Source: Owenia fusiformis (lineage: Eukaryota). From it: a stretch of 64,000 bases of DNA. Position 1 is the stretch's first letter, and each line of letters begins with the position of its first letter. Positions 39,601 through 52,300 of the stretch are shown in pieces. Made by a program: the position numbers and the translations under genes. The stretch covers positions 44,826,001 to 44,890,000 of the forward strand of contig CAIIXF020000001.1 in the NCBI GenBank assembly GCA_903813345.2, in the 5' to 3' direction. Under the pieces are notes generated by a model. It worked only from the letters and a program-made list of their open reading frames with translations, was not told the DNA's origin and made no database searches.

Positions 39601-41097
39601 ACCGTCCTGAATTTAGGTAGATAACCTTCAGTGATATAAATGAAATGTACAATTTATTTCGTCATTCAAAGGTTGCCTAGCTTTCAATCATTCTACTTGA
39701 TCGATTTGAGGCATGTACCTGATGCATGATCATTTACCAGCCAAATGGAAAATTACATGTATGTGTAGTAACAAATAAACATGTAGTAATTGGGGAATTT
39801 GGGTGATATTAAATAAATTAGGTGATCACTGCATTTGATTATGATGTATTTTGAAGCGAAGACTTTCGAATATCCCCTTGAACCTGTTGCACTACTTGTA
39901 GGGTCAAAATTGGGAAGCCTTTTCTTTTTTTCTTTCGGAAACATTTAAACGATGTGTCAAACAGGACTGTTCATTTGTTGAAATGTTTTGATAAAAAATG
40001 TGTCTCTATTCTCTTCATATGGATGTAAGTCTTATATGTAGGTTCACCAATGTTTATTTTTGATGAGTATTTTGATTTGATGACTACTGTTCTTTCTACA
40101 TGTTCTGATGAATGGCTAGTGGCTACATCAAAGAACTATCTCCAATATATTGAGGTAGTTCTTCTTTGGGAAATCCCTTTTAAATGGGAAATCCTTTTAA
40201 TGGGAACTCATATCAGTGAAAATGCCAATTGTCTGATGTTTGTACTAATTGTTTGCTTGACTGATATTGTACATTGTTTTTATTGTACATTGTTTTTATT
40301 GTACTTGTAGGCTATAGCACTTTTCCATGATACAATGCACAGATTGATGAGGTTCTCATTCAGCTTAGACATCAGTTTGTCTCTGGTATGTAAAAGAAAT
40401 ATGTTTGGACTGTTGGGATGTAAAAAAGTAACTTCATAAAATAGTTCTATTGTGATCTATCTTTAAAAACGAACACTGGATTATTGTACTGTGCATCCAA
40501 CATAAAAAAGATCACCATATAGATTTCACAATGAGATGAGAAATATGTACAGCATTAACATGACAAAATACTGTTACTTAACATTATTTAATGGAAATGT
40601 TAATGAAATTGTGAAGGATTTTTATAACTGATGGGATCACCAGATTTGTCCACTGATCACGCTTTTCTAAGTCACTGTTCAGTATAGTGGCCGTAACCTT
40701 CTCAGAATTTATTTTCTAATTCAGATGTTTCATTATATCAAAAATAACTTGCTCCAAGCAATGTGCACAGATGCATATTATATGCGTGCAATCTTTAATT
40801 CTGTTAAAATCGAATAATTCGATCTAGTCCAACTAGCTGGCCCACATTTTATTAAAACTAAAGACAAAGTTATTACATTTCTCTGCTTGAATATCTTCCT
40901 TTAAAATAATGTTCTCAGAACCATTTTGAAGTCATTGTTGTATGTCTGTTTTTCTCACATGTGTTCCCAGTATTATAATCCTGTTTAAATTCATACCATT
41001 TCTGTCAGCGTAAAATTTCTTTTTTTGTTATCTATTCTAGGTTTACAACCAGTTAGATAGCAACACAAAGGAGAACAGAGCTATGATATATGCATAA
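24655..41097 (+). CDS. Uncharacterised 257-aa protein with a PAC1/PAC2 (proteasome assembly chaperone)-like pattern and C-terminal HbYX motif
   Basis: Phase-consistent exons 24655-24770 (GC donor), 25097-25262, 25637-25722, 26241-26350, 26603-26766, 40311-40385 and 41041-41097 give 774 nt with no internal stop: MPAAPPKTPCRHEV...TVFIGYTDVLAAGSRALLG...CSLVIVNTVVPADKCHVVANKIMDMCSRGGTERIFLLSA...LNTMLQLINVEGIPTSVLIIPA...DGSAQAIALFHDTMHRLMRF...ENRAMIYA*. The gene model is well supported; the family call is inference. Confidence 0.75.
27762..28694. mobile_element. pogo/Tigger-like MITE nested within a larger hairpin element (about 27150-28830)
   Basis: TA|CAGTAAAACCT ... AGGTTTTACTG|TA with repeated TGTTCACT subterminal motifs; outer arms TAGGTTATCGCAAACAATTTCA / TGAAATTGTTTGCGATAACCTA. 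Confidence 0.75.
29319..30348 (+). mobile_element. HINE-like element family I, copy 2 (three core repeats)
   Basis: Same left box, core repeats, GGAC microsatellite (about 30207-30303) and 3' hairpin as 13630-14985. Confidence 0.75.
32048..33105 (-). mobile_element. Degenerate mariner-like element nested in another MITE (about 31770-33575)
   Basis: TA|CAGGGTGATCAATAAATAA ... TTATTTATTGATCACCCTG|TA; - strand fragment ILHWDNYPSH...HVLYSPDLSP..DF resembles the mariner motifs LHHDNAPAH and HPPYSPDLAPSDF. Confidence 0.8.
37711..38898 (-). CDS. SLC35C1: GDP-fucose transporter 1-like nucleotide-sugar transporter (intronless CDS, 395 aa), nested antisense in an intron of the PAC-like gene
   Basis: Multi-pass hydrophobic ORF with FWMTSITLIFANKHL, FVSWFQ, FNNLCLKHVGVAFFQV, GFVLGIDQE and QIHITSPVTHHIS..TK motifs matching SLC35C1; may be a divergent paralog. 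Confidence 0.88.
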   Translation of the reverse strand: MDGSFLLGSLALDKTTMSKCMKVGLVVLAFWMTSITLIFANKHLVGTKNTDQDISIFVSWFQACVCAAIVSIVTLGRHSCTKNPQKSLICKDIILSKGMLIASVYFVGATIFNNLCLKHVGVAFFQVAKSFTLIFTCLFSMVLLKKHLTCRAWLCCLMIACGFVLGIDQENLVGALSLSGVLYGLFSSIFVALVGIYTKKNLEMVSNDSLQLTLYMNLNTSLLFLPIVIVSKQGYTVIASDRFGDVWFWLLLSGAGILGAMMAWISAFQIHITSPVTHHISASTKGIVQTLIAVSYYREQKAILWWLSNMLVVGGAILYTYTHYMELQQKSRIRLNHSKSCADIENLGTDNSHVHFHENNNNVISNMLDLQCKRVNNYFSNGQLATNRKKSESDT

Positions 41098-44000
41098 ACG
41101 TAGGAGCATGCAGGATTTGAACTGTTTAGGCCTCTTTCTGGAGACTTAATGATCCTGTATGCATATATGTGGTGCTTTTCTTTGAAGACATCAACTGCTG
41201 CAATAATATTGAATTGAATAAGTGATCAAAAGTCAAGGGAGGAATGATACGTACTGTAGAAATATGGATGTATCAGTGAAGGAGAAAACTTGTCCTTACA
41301 TATATCTTTTCTGTGATATTTACTACTGCCATCTTTAAATGGCTATCTTTTGTAAAAATGAAATCATGTAATATATCATCAGACATAGTACAGTTTATCC
41401 CATACATGTACTTTGTGGATTTAGGGAAAATAACATTTTAGAGGGATGTATTATGGAATAAATAGGTTATTTCTGGTCGGGATGGAATATTGTTTTTATT
41501 CCTCGGAAATTATGATATTGACCTTTGGCAATATCATATTGACACTCAGTCGCTTTGCTCCCTCGGTCAATATCATATTACCATTCGGTCAATATCATAT
41601 TGCCCCTTGGAATAAAACCCATATTCAATCCCTCCCAGTAAATAACCCATATATATCTAAATCTGGATATATTCTCTAAGCCTGTAGGCAGACATATACA
41701 TCTGCCCACTTTTAGGAACTAAAGTTTCAATTGTAGTTGTGTAGTACTGTTGCATTGTTAGATTCTTAAACATGAAAAAAATTGTTCGTAAATTATTGAT
41801 GGAATCACAAACGTTTGCCATAAAGATGATGTCGAAAATGATGTTAGCAGCTAAACACCTACGATTGGAAAATCACATCATAGTTAAGAGTTACATATAT
41901 TTGAGACGTTTCAAGTGTGAGGTATACCAGTCTGTTAATATCCAGTGCCTTTGATATGTATATTTTTATTAACATATTTTACATTATATTTTATGATCAG
42001 CTTATTTGTAATAATCAAACAATACATATTTTCACATATCCATCCACACAGAGTAAGTCATCAATCCATCCAATATACATATTTTTTTTGTAATGTTTAA
42101 CAATTGTATATACACAGGTTTTTGTGAGAGCATTTATTTTGTAACTAACAGAAAAGATTATTTATTTACATTCTATGTGATATGACTATCATAATCATAA
42201 TATGATATATTATTGTTAGGACATGGTTTGTCATACATGCTAAATAAATGTAGTATAGTATAAAAATGATATTCTCATGACTACTTTACACACATATTAA
42301 CAATTGTACATTACTGTTTTTTAAGAGTCCGTCCTACAGTTGTTGCTTGAAATATGTATAGTTTAAGCGTAGTAGTGTACCTGATGATAGCTGTGTATTT
42401 TTATCGATGAGCTCTTGCTGTCACCAATGTTTGTGATCTTGTTTATGCATCCTCCTAAGCAGGTATCCAGAATCTGTACCCCCTCCTCCCCCTGCTATAA
42501 CCAATTTGGAAGCGCCCGATTAAACTGAATCACGTGATCTTATTATGCGCAATGACTTATACATGATTTCTGTCGCAGTGTTGCGACAGCCAATCAGATT
42601 GCGAGTTCTTAATCGGGGAAAGGCTAACTGCTTATCGCAGGGGGTAAAAAGAAAGAATATATTCTGGATTTTGAAGCCCTGTGATCGGAGGATGGTTTTA
42701 TGTCATTTCAAAATATAATTTAACGCCATGATTTTGTCAATAATTTCATGTTTTAAGGAAAACAGATATTGTAATGGCTTATACTGATATGGTCTGAATA
42801 TGTTAACATTTACTATTCTTAAGAAGAAATTGTCACTACTGTACTAATTAATGTATGTTTTCAGATCAATGATGACAGTAAAATCTGTAATAGTGAGCTA
42901 CATGTAGAGATGCCTTTTGTATTTTGAATTTTGAACATTTCATATGAATGTGTTCAACTTTTTTAGTTTTGCCATATAGTGTACACACAGTGGCTGTATA
43001 TTTTTCTGGAATGTTTTTATTTGAGCATATTTTTATTGTTCTTGTCTACATTTTAAACATTGTAATTCTCAACAATGAAAGTACATGTACATGTAATAAA
43101 TTCTCAATTATTAGCATATTATATTGTGTGGTTTTTATGTCACTAGAAGTTGTGACATATTCTAATTATACAATGTAGTTTCAAACTTTTTTTGTGGACG
43201 GTGTTCAGTGGTTGGTATCTGTAACAAATGGTAGGTAGTGAGATTTTGTATATGTTAATGCCTTGTTTTAATATTAATTGTTGAAACAACCAATGTGTCC
43301 CAGGTTTCCAACTCGTTATTCTTCAACATGGAGTCATGTCGTGATTACATAATTCAAAATCAAACAGCCGCCATTTTTTTACTTTAGAATTTGAATCGCA
43401 AATAATGGTCTTACTTCCGAACAAAAAATTCAAAACACAAAAAGTGATCAATATATTAGTTCAAATCTTTTAGATCACTGATGATGAACTTATAGTCAGT
43501 TTTAATGTTAGAAAATAACAAAATTTCCAAAATTGTCGTCGATTAAGGTCAAGGTCAATATCGAGTTGAAACCCTGAGAGCCAATCCTCCTTGGTATTTG
43601 GAGGTCCTGGAATGTCAATGTGATGTGCTTAGATTAAGGTATTCTGATTAAGGTCATCTTGTACAAAAATTCTTAATTTGAGACTAAGAGTTTCTTGAAA
43701 CTATAATAATGCCATGATTAGTAAATGTCATGCTTCAAGGTCAAAATAAAAAGAAAAGTCAAATGTCAAGGTTTGGGAAGGTATACATAATGCATTATAT
43801 AATGAAGTGATGGAAGGGGAGGTCACCAAAGCGGATACCTTGGGATAAGGAATACCAAAGTCAATTGCATATTCTGTGTTTTCTGCCACCCTGACAGGTT
43901 GCTGATTGCAAGATATAAATATATGAGTTAGCAGGTTTTAGTTCTTTCTGACCAATTGCATGTTTCTAAAATGGAAAATAGAATTAGGATGCATTTTGAA

Positions 44001-45084
44001 AAGATGCCAGTGTTACACTCTCTTTGATGTATCCTTTCTATTCCTTCAATTTCAATTGTCTAAAATGGGCAGTGACTATATATTGTCATGAAGCTGAGCT
44101 AAGTTTGAAATATTGGCCATTTTTTTTTTATCGAAATCAGGAACCATAAAATTTTTGTTTTTAATTTCTGTGGTATACGAGTGTTATACGATACAGCAAA
44201 TATGAATTAAACATTAACATCATTTTATTACTATAGTACCCATGAAATTCTTTGACAAAATAGTCCAACAAAGTGCTACTAATTCTATTTTTGATGTTAC
44301 ACAGTTTATGATTAAAATTGCTCATTTAATTTGATATTGGAGACTTAATAATGTTTTGTAAGACAATCTTTACCAGAAATGTGTTTAAGCTGAGAAAATG
44401 AATGATAGATTTGATCATTTTTGAACAAATAATGCTTTTAAATGGCCGTAGAGAATGACCAGATCAGCCTGACCTTGAAGTTTTAACACAGTGCATGCAT
44501 TTCACCCAAATATGGAAAGTGCAAAAATAGACATGTCAATCAAATCTCGAACTGTTTAAAGAAATTGAAATTCAGTTTGATTTGAGGTTCTGCTTTATTC
44601 TATCTATTAAGATAGTCAAACTGTCTTATATAGTGCATTATGAACTTTACAAAATAATACAATTTGATGATTATGATATAGATCATCATGCATGATCATG
44701 CATGATCATGACCTATTTTACAGTAATTGAATTTTAATTCTATTTATAGCTCAAAAGTTTCAATAATAAGGAAAAACAAAAGGGACTTTTGATTCATTTT
44801 AAGATAAATATACCATTCTAGTAGTTTCTCTCAAAAACATTGAAAACTGATACCTCTAAGGTATAATTGTTGGGAGTGGCTCCAGGACCGACAATTGTCG
44901 GTACTGGAGACTGTCCAGGGGTATTTGCTGGGGTACCGACAATTGTCGGCACTCTATCGTCACCTAGTAGTGCCAGATAGAGAATCGACAATTGTCGGTA
45001 CGCAAGTGGCTGCTACTTGTTTTTGCTAGAGAGCCGACAATTTCATAAATAAATCCACTACTTTTACTCTTAGAGATAACCTCA

Positions 45085-45156
45085 TCACTGGTAGTCTAGT
45101 GGTTAGCGAGCACGACTCGAACACGCTCGGTCCCGAGTTAGAATCCCGGCAGGAAC
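45085..45156 (+). other. Degenerate tRNA-like sequence (pseudo-tRNA or SINE head)
   Basis: A-box-like TAGTCTAGTGG and B-box-like GTTAGAATCC at tRNA spacing, followed by a T-tract; acceptor and anticodon stems pair poorly. Confidence 0.4.
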
Positions 45157-45918
45157 TATTTTTTCTTTTGAGGGGGGAGGCATAGTGCTCCTTTTGCAGT
45201 ATGGAATCGTACAGGCATTAACTTGTAGTGAGCCATAATTTATTTCGACAAAAATTGATTCAACTTCCATCAAAATTGTCCTACAAGCTTCAATTAAAAA
45301 ACATTTTAAAGCTCTTTTCTTGTTCTATCTAATGGGTCGATATATACAGTTAGGGGAGGGGATTGCCCCCGTCGACCTCTACCCTTACTACGCCATGGCA
45401 CAGGAGAAATATCTCATTTGGAATATATCACTGTTAACATTGCGTTTGGTAGCTCTCTCATTCGAGATGGAATCGTGGCCATTAACTAAGTGAGCCAAAT
45501 GCAACTTCCATCAAAAATTGTGCTATAAGGTATGAGTACCGTAATCCAACACCAAATTCGAAAATTCATAACAATACTTTGCACATATGGCGTTCATGAC
45601 CAACTATGAAACGCTTACCCCCCATAGTGTTATATATCAAAATGCACCTGTCCATATAGGGGTTCGATTGACCTACATCAAATTATAGGGAGTCAGGTTA
45701 CTTTTTGAGATATCACTTCCTCAATTCTGATATGACGGGCAAACGCGTAGTAAACATGCTCACGTTCGGAACTATTTTGACCTACATCGCTATTTTCGTA
45801 ATTCAAATGAAAGTTGAACTCCTCTTTATTTTGATACCAAATAGTGGCATACTAGGTACCCTAGAAGCCAACTATGGGTTATTTAGAACGATACCACAGG
45901 TTTTTAAATGGACTATAT

Positions 45919-46749
45919 CACAGGCTGGTATCGAAAGATTTGTCCGCTGTGACGGAGCATGCTATTTTTCGTAAAAACACTAAGAATGCTTCACACTTTA
46001 TTTTTTTACTCATATGTTTCGTTACATCAAGGAAAATTACTTGCTCCATGCAATGGATATATCATTTGCGGGTAACCTTCACTTCTGTTTTAAGTCCAAT
46101 AACGCCAGGAGTAAAAGCTATTGAAAACGGCGCAAGAGTATCAAACTCTAAAATGTACCATTTCTTTTTAAACTTTTTAATGGCATGATATAGTGACACG
46201 ATAATATTAAAATATGTTTTCAGCATAAATGCAAAGGTATTAATGAGATATTAACGCATTACGTCTTTTTAATTTTTTTTATAAAAAATAATACGAATAT
46301 TTTTTGTCCGCTGTGACGGAGCATTCTCACAGTTTACATTTGCAACTGCTCCGTCACAGCGGACAAAAAAATAAACATTATGTTTTATAAAAGAATTAAA
46401 AAGACCAAATACATCAACATCTCATTTATACCTTTATAGTAATGCTGAAACCATGTGTAAATAATATTGTGTCGCTATATCGTGCCATTAGAAAGTTAAA
46501 CAAGAAATGGTACATTTTGAAGTATGATACCTCGGCGCCATTTTCAATAGCTTTTCATCCCAGCGTAATTGGACTTCAAACAGAAGTGAAAGTTACCAGC
46601 AAATGATATATACATTGCATAGAGTAAGTAATTTCCTTTGGTATAATGAAACATATAAGTTAAAAAATAAATCGTGAAGTATTCTTAGTGTTTTTATGAG
46701 AAATAGCATGCTCCGTCACAGCGGACAAATATTTCGATGCCAGCCTGTG
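45919..46749. mobile_element. Palindromic MITE with about 400-bp arms
   Basis: CACAGGCTGGTATCGAAA.ATTTGTCCGCTGTGACGGAGCATGC mirrored at 46706-46749; TATAT on both flanks; internal repeat of TGTCCGCTGTGACGGAGC. Confidence 0.8.
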
Positions 46750-47269
46750 TATATATACCTTTTGGCGGATGGATATGGAACCTCATACCATACGATAAGC
46801 TTCAAATAAAAAACATTTTAGCTATTTTCTTCTATCTAATGGGTAGCAAACGCCCCTTTCTACGCCTGATCGGCTCAGGAGAAATATCCTGTCTGTTTAG
46901 AATATATATAGCCGTTTACTCTGCATTAATAGCTCTCTAACGTCTTACATTCTTACTTGTTCATGTTTTTTATTGGGTTTTCAACGTTTACCACCATTCC
47001 CTGTTCCCGGGCTACCATTTTTTGACTGGGTTTGGTAATCCCCGGGGCTAATGCCCTCCCCGGATTTTGCACCTGTTCCCAAAATACCCGTATGATAACT
47101 GAAATATCCCCCCGCGCATTGCGCATGCGCCAGAATATTCGAAAATCAATATTTGTCGGTCCTCTAGCGTGTAAACACAGCATATCTCCCGTACCGACAA
47201 TTTATTTGTCGGTCCTCTAGCGTGCCACCACATCAGAGTCTAGAGTACCGACAATTGTCGGTACTCTAG

Positions 47270-48121
47270 TATGGCATTATTTTTGCTTCTTTATTCATTA
47301 AATTCAAATATATTCGATATATGAAACATTCATATTCGCTAAATCATTTTCCATTCGGTAAAAACGTTTATATGTTTATTACAGCAAATTAAGTTTTCAA
47401 AATAGCCAATCACTTAATACTATGTGCATTAAATTACATATTTCATTCGTTAAATGATATTTTTTGCGTAAATTGTTATGGTATTCCTTAAGAGTAACAC
47501 ATTATATGCACAATATTGAATTTCTATTTGAACCCTACCGAAATAAGTTTGCCTATATTTACCAAATGGTTTATTTTTCTATGACATAGTTAATGCATTT
47601 TACCGAAAGCTAATTTGCTATTTACCGAAAGCTAATTTGCTATTTACCGAATGCAATAAAGTAATATTCGATAACTTGCGTTGTTGTTCGATATTTTGTC
47701 ACGTGACTTCGAGATTTGCAAAATGGCCGCGCAGCTATTCTACATCGTACAAATATATCACGTGACTGAAAGTCTCGTAAATTATCGAAAAATAACGAAA
47801 TTTATCGAATGTGGCATTCGGTATTTACCGAATATAAATAATTTAAATACCGAATGTACAAATAATTAATTTAATTATACGTGGGTTAAGGAAAACAAAT
47901 TGATTCACTGCATCACACAAATACATGTATACATATCAAATGTGAATGTCAATACAAAGAACAAGTGAAACTATTTAGCGAATATAAATTGTATAGATTA
48001 TTACATTTGATAAAATAAAAAAATATTCGATAGATTGGGTAAAGGTTTGGTAAATTGTTTCTTTTATTTGGTATTTATGGAATATTAATGTACCGAATAA
48101 AGAAGCAGTTTAAACACCATA
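47270..48121. mobile_element. IS3EU-like non-autonomous element
   Basis: Termini TATGG...CCATA, imperfect TIR (GCTTCTTTATTC / GAATAAAGAAGC), 6-bp direct repeat CTCTAG at 47264-47269 and 48122-48127. Confidence 0.65.
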
Positions 48122-49351
48122 CTCTAGCCTTTACGATAATTGTTTCCTTGGAGACGGTCCCCATGACACACCTTAGTTGCAATTCTGTGAATCCTGGATA
48201 ATAGGACCTTGCTCTCAGTTGCTTGAGTGCAAATGGCTATATTCATCACTCAAAAAAACAATTAATTGGTCATTCTGATAATGGTCTATTTTATGAAAGT
48301 GCATTTTCCACTTTGTACAAAATGATATAGAATTCATTAGTCCAATTGTTTGATGTTTATTTTGTACCATAATGGACCGAACAACAAATCAATTAACGAG
48401 CCCACATACTAAATCTACAAGGACAACTTCAAGGACTAATGCCATGCATTGAAATAGCATCCTCAATAGATCATAGCCTGGTATTAAAATGACACAATTA
48501 GAAGTAGAATCGCTCTAGAGGAAGCCCTGTCATGACCGACAATCAGGCTAAATAAAAGTTCGATTGAAATTGTAATGCAGATACGGAATCCTCAAAAGCA
48601 AGGTTACACAATTCGCATGTGCCTAAGAAAATACTTGAACATTCTTGATTTATCATTTTACTTAATTTCTTAAAAGTACATATCATCACATATACGTTTT
48701 AATAAGCTTTAGCGAAAATTATGAAACGGATGAAAAGTAGCCGACATTTATTTTCAAATTGTGAATTAACCATTGAAATTTCGAAAGACATTATATCAGC
48801 TTCGAGATTATTCAGAGCCATTTTAAATTGGAAAAGGTTAGGATTGATTCATATCTTTGAGTATAACAAACATTTCAGTTTGATGAACCCAACTTGAACC
48901 AGAGGGACCATGGTTTAAAATTACTTAACGTATATCAACTTTTAGTAGCATTTCCACATTAATAAAATTAATGAAGTGCTTCAAAACAATTCCCTTCACA
49001 CAACAACAAAACAATGCAAGCAATAAAAAAGGCAACAATAAGTGAGGGAATAGATAGTTCAATACAAATCGTCCCTAGGGAGTCCTACTCTGTCAAATTA
49101 TCAATTAATACACACGCAATAAGTGCGCGAAAATATCCTCATAATACCAGAATATTCTTTGTGAATGTCATTTTGTGGCTAATTCATGAAAGGTGGACGC
49201 TTATTGCAGGCTCTCAACTCAACAATGTTGGTGGCCATAAAATACAATCAAAACATGAAATATTTACTGAAAATAATGAAATAAAATATATGTAACAAAA
49301 ACGCATCCAGTAAACGCTGTTTAGTATCTAGGCCTCGATGGAATCGAAGGA

Positions 49352-52300
49352 ATGAGTAGAGAAAATAATATATTTGGTTTTGATGATTTGGCCCCGCACT
49401 CAGTCTCAAAAAAGATGCAGAACAATGCTTTCGGTTTCGGTGATGACTACGTTACGAGATTCGAACCCCGAGTCACTAATACGACTGTTGCTGATTCCAA
49501 GGAACAAAATGGAAAAGTATTCAAGTCAAATAATCCGATAGGTGAGTATGTCCAATTAAGCGTGAAATAATGTTTCTAGTTTTAAAGATAATTTCACGTT
49601 TGTTGCTTTTTTCAGAATTTATAGATCAGTCATTCAAAATAAAAAGTGCCCCCAGATCATTCATAACCATTATGACATATATAAGGGTTATTCACTGGGA
49701 GGTTTTGGATACAGGGTTTAATCCAAGGGAATATGTACACAGAGGGACCGCAGGAACCAAGGGAGGTACACATATTTGCCGACGGAAAAATCCTGTTTCC
49801 AAAACCGACCGTACACAACAGACGTATTCCATTCCTGCACTAGGTACACAAAACGCATTTTCTTATTTATAAAGAAGATTTTAATTAGTTTGTGAAATTT
49901 TCACACTCATATATTGCTGGAGCAGATCAATGAATTGATATTGAAATTTAAGATGTATAGCATACGTTTGAATTAATATAGTATTTATTTTGCAAATTGA
50001 GCAACACATAAATTGAGTTCACTTTTCAGGCACGTTTCAGGAGAGATTCACTCTAGATAATTTGGGTAGGTATGTGTAGCATGGTCAATTTTTGCAAAAA
50101 TATAGTATTCTACGGAATGTTTTCTTTGTAAAAATATATATGCGTAACTTATTTCCACAAATGTTAGAGAGCTTGATACAATGACTGATTTACCTTAGTT
50201 CCTTTACTTTCTAACCAAGGTGCTCATTTGTTTCTTGCCTTTTACGTTCTCTGAATAAACAAAGACGTGATTGGATTCTCGACACTTATGTAGCTACTGC
50301 TTTACTATCAACTAACCTCTTTTTTATTCATCGATACGGCGAGGTACGACGTGCGTAGATCAGCCATCATGAAATAGATAACGAACACACATCTAACTCA
50401 GAAAAAAGGTGAATTTGGAAGTGTTTGAAAATGTCAGGTTGAAATTGGTGCAGCTCTCACATTGTGTTGGATAAGAGCTGTTTTTAATTAGATGTCATTT
50501 AGATTTTTTTCATTTCTCAGTGAAATATGATATTTACGCAGAGATCTCCCATATTTTCCAAGAATAAACTCATTTGCAATCGCGAACACTGAGTGAGTCA
50601 GCTTTTCATATCGCCATGATAATAATATTGGTAAAGAATATTTACTTTTGTACTTTGCTCGAAAATATGTTTCTTTCAAATTTTACCTAAATGGGGGAAT
50701 AGAAACTTTCAGTTTGAATTGAAAAACCGTTATTTTGCTTTAAAATCTGACGAAGTGGTTGCCCTGCTTGTACCATGTTCGACTTCCCTCGTGATTTTTC
50801 AACTTTTAATAACTTGATATATTTTATAACTATAAGTATCATGTGCTATTTTTTACGGTCATCAACTTTACTATGACTTATCGGAATATCATTTTATCTA
50901 ATCTTTGAACTTGACAAAAATAATTGTAGTAAAATTATCCGCGAATATAGGTATTGAATAATCTCCTGAATACGATTCATAGGAGGGATTTTTATTGTTA
51001 TCGGCTGTATTTCATGAAATTATTCACCGGGATGAAAAGTATCATGGGAAAATAAATTACATACTAGTAAATCAGGAGAATATATGCTCTTTCAATTCTC
51101 TATAAGTTGAATCAACCTATGCTGGCACCGGAACAATCTCAATGGGCTCATTAAGCCAGATTAATTGGTTCAACATCAATTGCAATATGATTTATAAATA
51201 TGATTACTGTTGCAATGGCATTTTGATCATCAATGAGGATTCTTCAGCACATAACCAGCATTTTGTTTTTTTGGATAGGCGTTATGCTGGTTACAACTGA
51301 TGTTCTTTGTCCGCATGTCCAACTTATCTCTATGCAGTTCTAAGAATGCTTTTAACCATCTAATAAAATAGATGTGTTGATTTAAGCTAATTACCCTATC
51401 ATCAACGTGTTTATATCAATTTTATGTGTTATTACGTTTCATGTATATGAGGCCAGAAAAATGCAATTTGATAGGGTAATTACTTTCAGAATAATTGTCT
51501 TATCTTTAGGTGGGAATAAAGAGGCCTTTTTAGTCTGTTTACTTTATTTGGAAAACTATCTCTACTTATCATTTCTTGTTGGTACCCTCCCCTCCATAAG
51601 TTTGGCAACCTTTTTCCCCCCATTGAACTACGTGTTAAAGCCTCTTTACCTTTGAATTTTTATTTACTTAACCTGCGATGAAAATACTTATACTATTGAT
51701 GGAAACGTAATTTGACTTTAATTCCAATACCTCCAAATTTTCTCAATTTTTTTCCTCAATTACAGTAGGTCGAAAATTGATGATGAATTAAATGAATTTT
51801 TAAAAATCGACATTCCCATGTTAACCAATGGGAAATGGTAGGTTTGCAGCAAGTCATATGACAGAATATCCATCCATCCGAGTCCTTGCAAAAAATACGA
51901 GTTAGGCAGGTAATTGAATTTGCTAACTTTATTTAACAAAAAATTGATATGTTTCTTCAGGTTCAACAAAGTTATAGGGCTTTAAAGTCAAAATTGTTTT
52001 TCAAAAAACCTCTCCCATTGACATAACACAGGAGGCGAAAAATTATTTTCAAAAATGACTTTGAACCGCTGTAACTTTAATATTCATCAAATAAACTAAA
52101 CACTTAGTGTTCAAAAAAGTTAGACAATTCAATTTTCTATATAAAAATATTTTTTGCTGAATCTTTTACGGAAAAGATATCCTGATTTCTGATTTGCCCC
52201 GAACCCTCCATTTCCCATTGGATTACATGGGAATGACGATTTTCAAAAATTCATCAAATTTATCATCAATTTTCGACCTATTGTAATTGAGGAAAAAAAT

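Noticed and set aside
45085..45156. Functional tRNA gene
   Set aside because: T-loop altered (GTTAGA) and the acceptor and anticodon stems do not pair well
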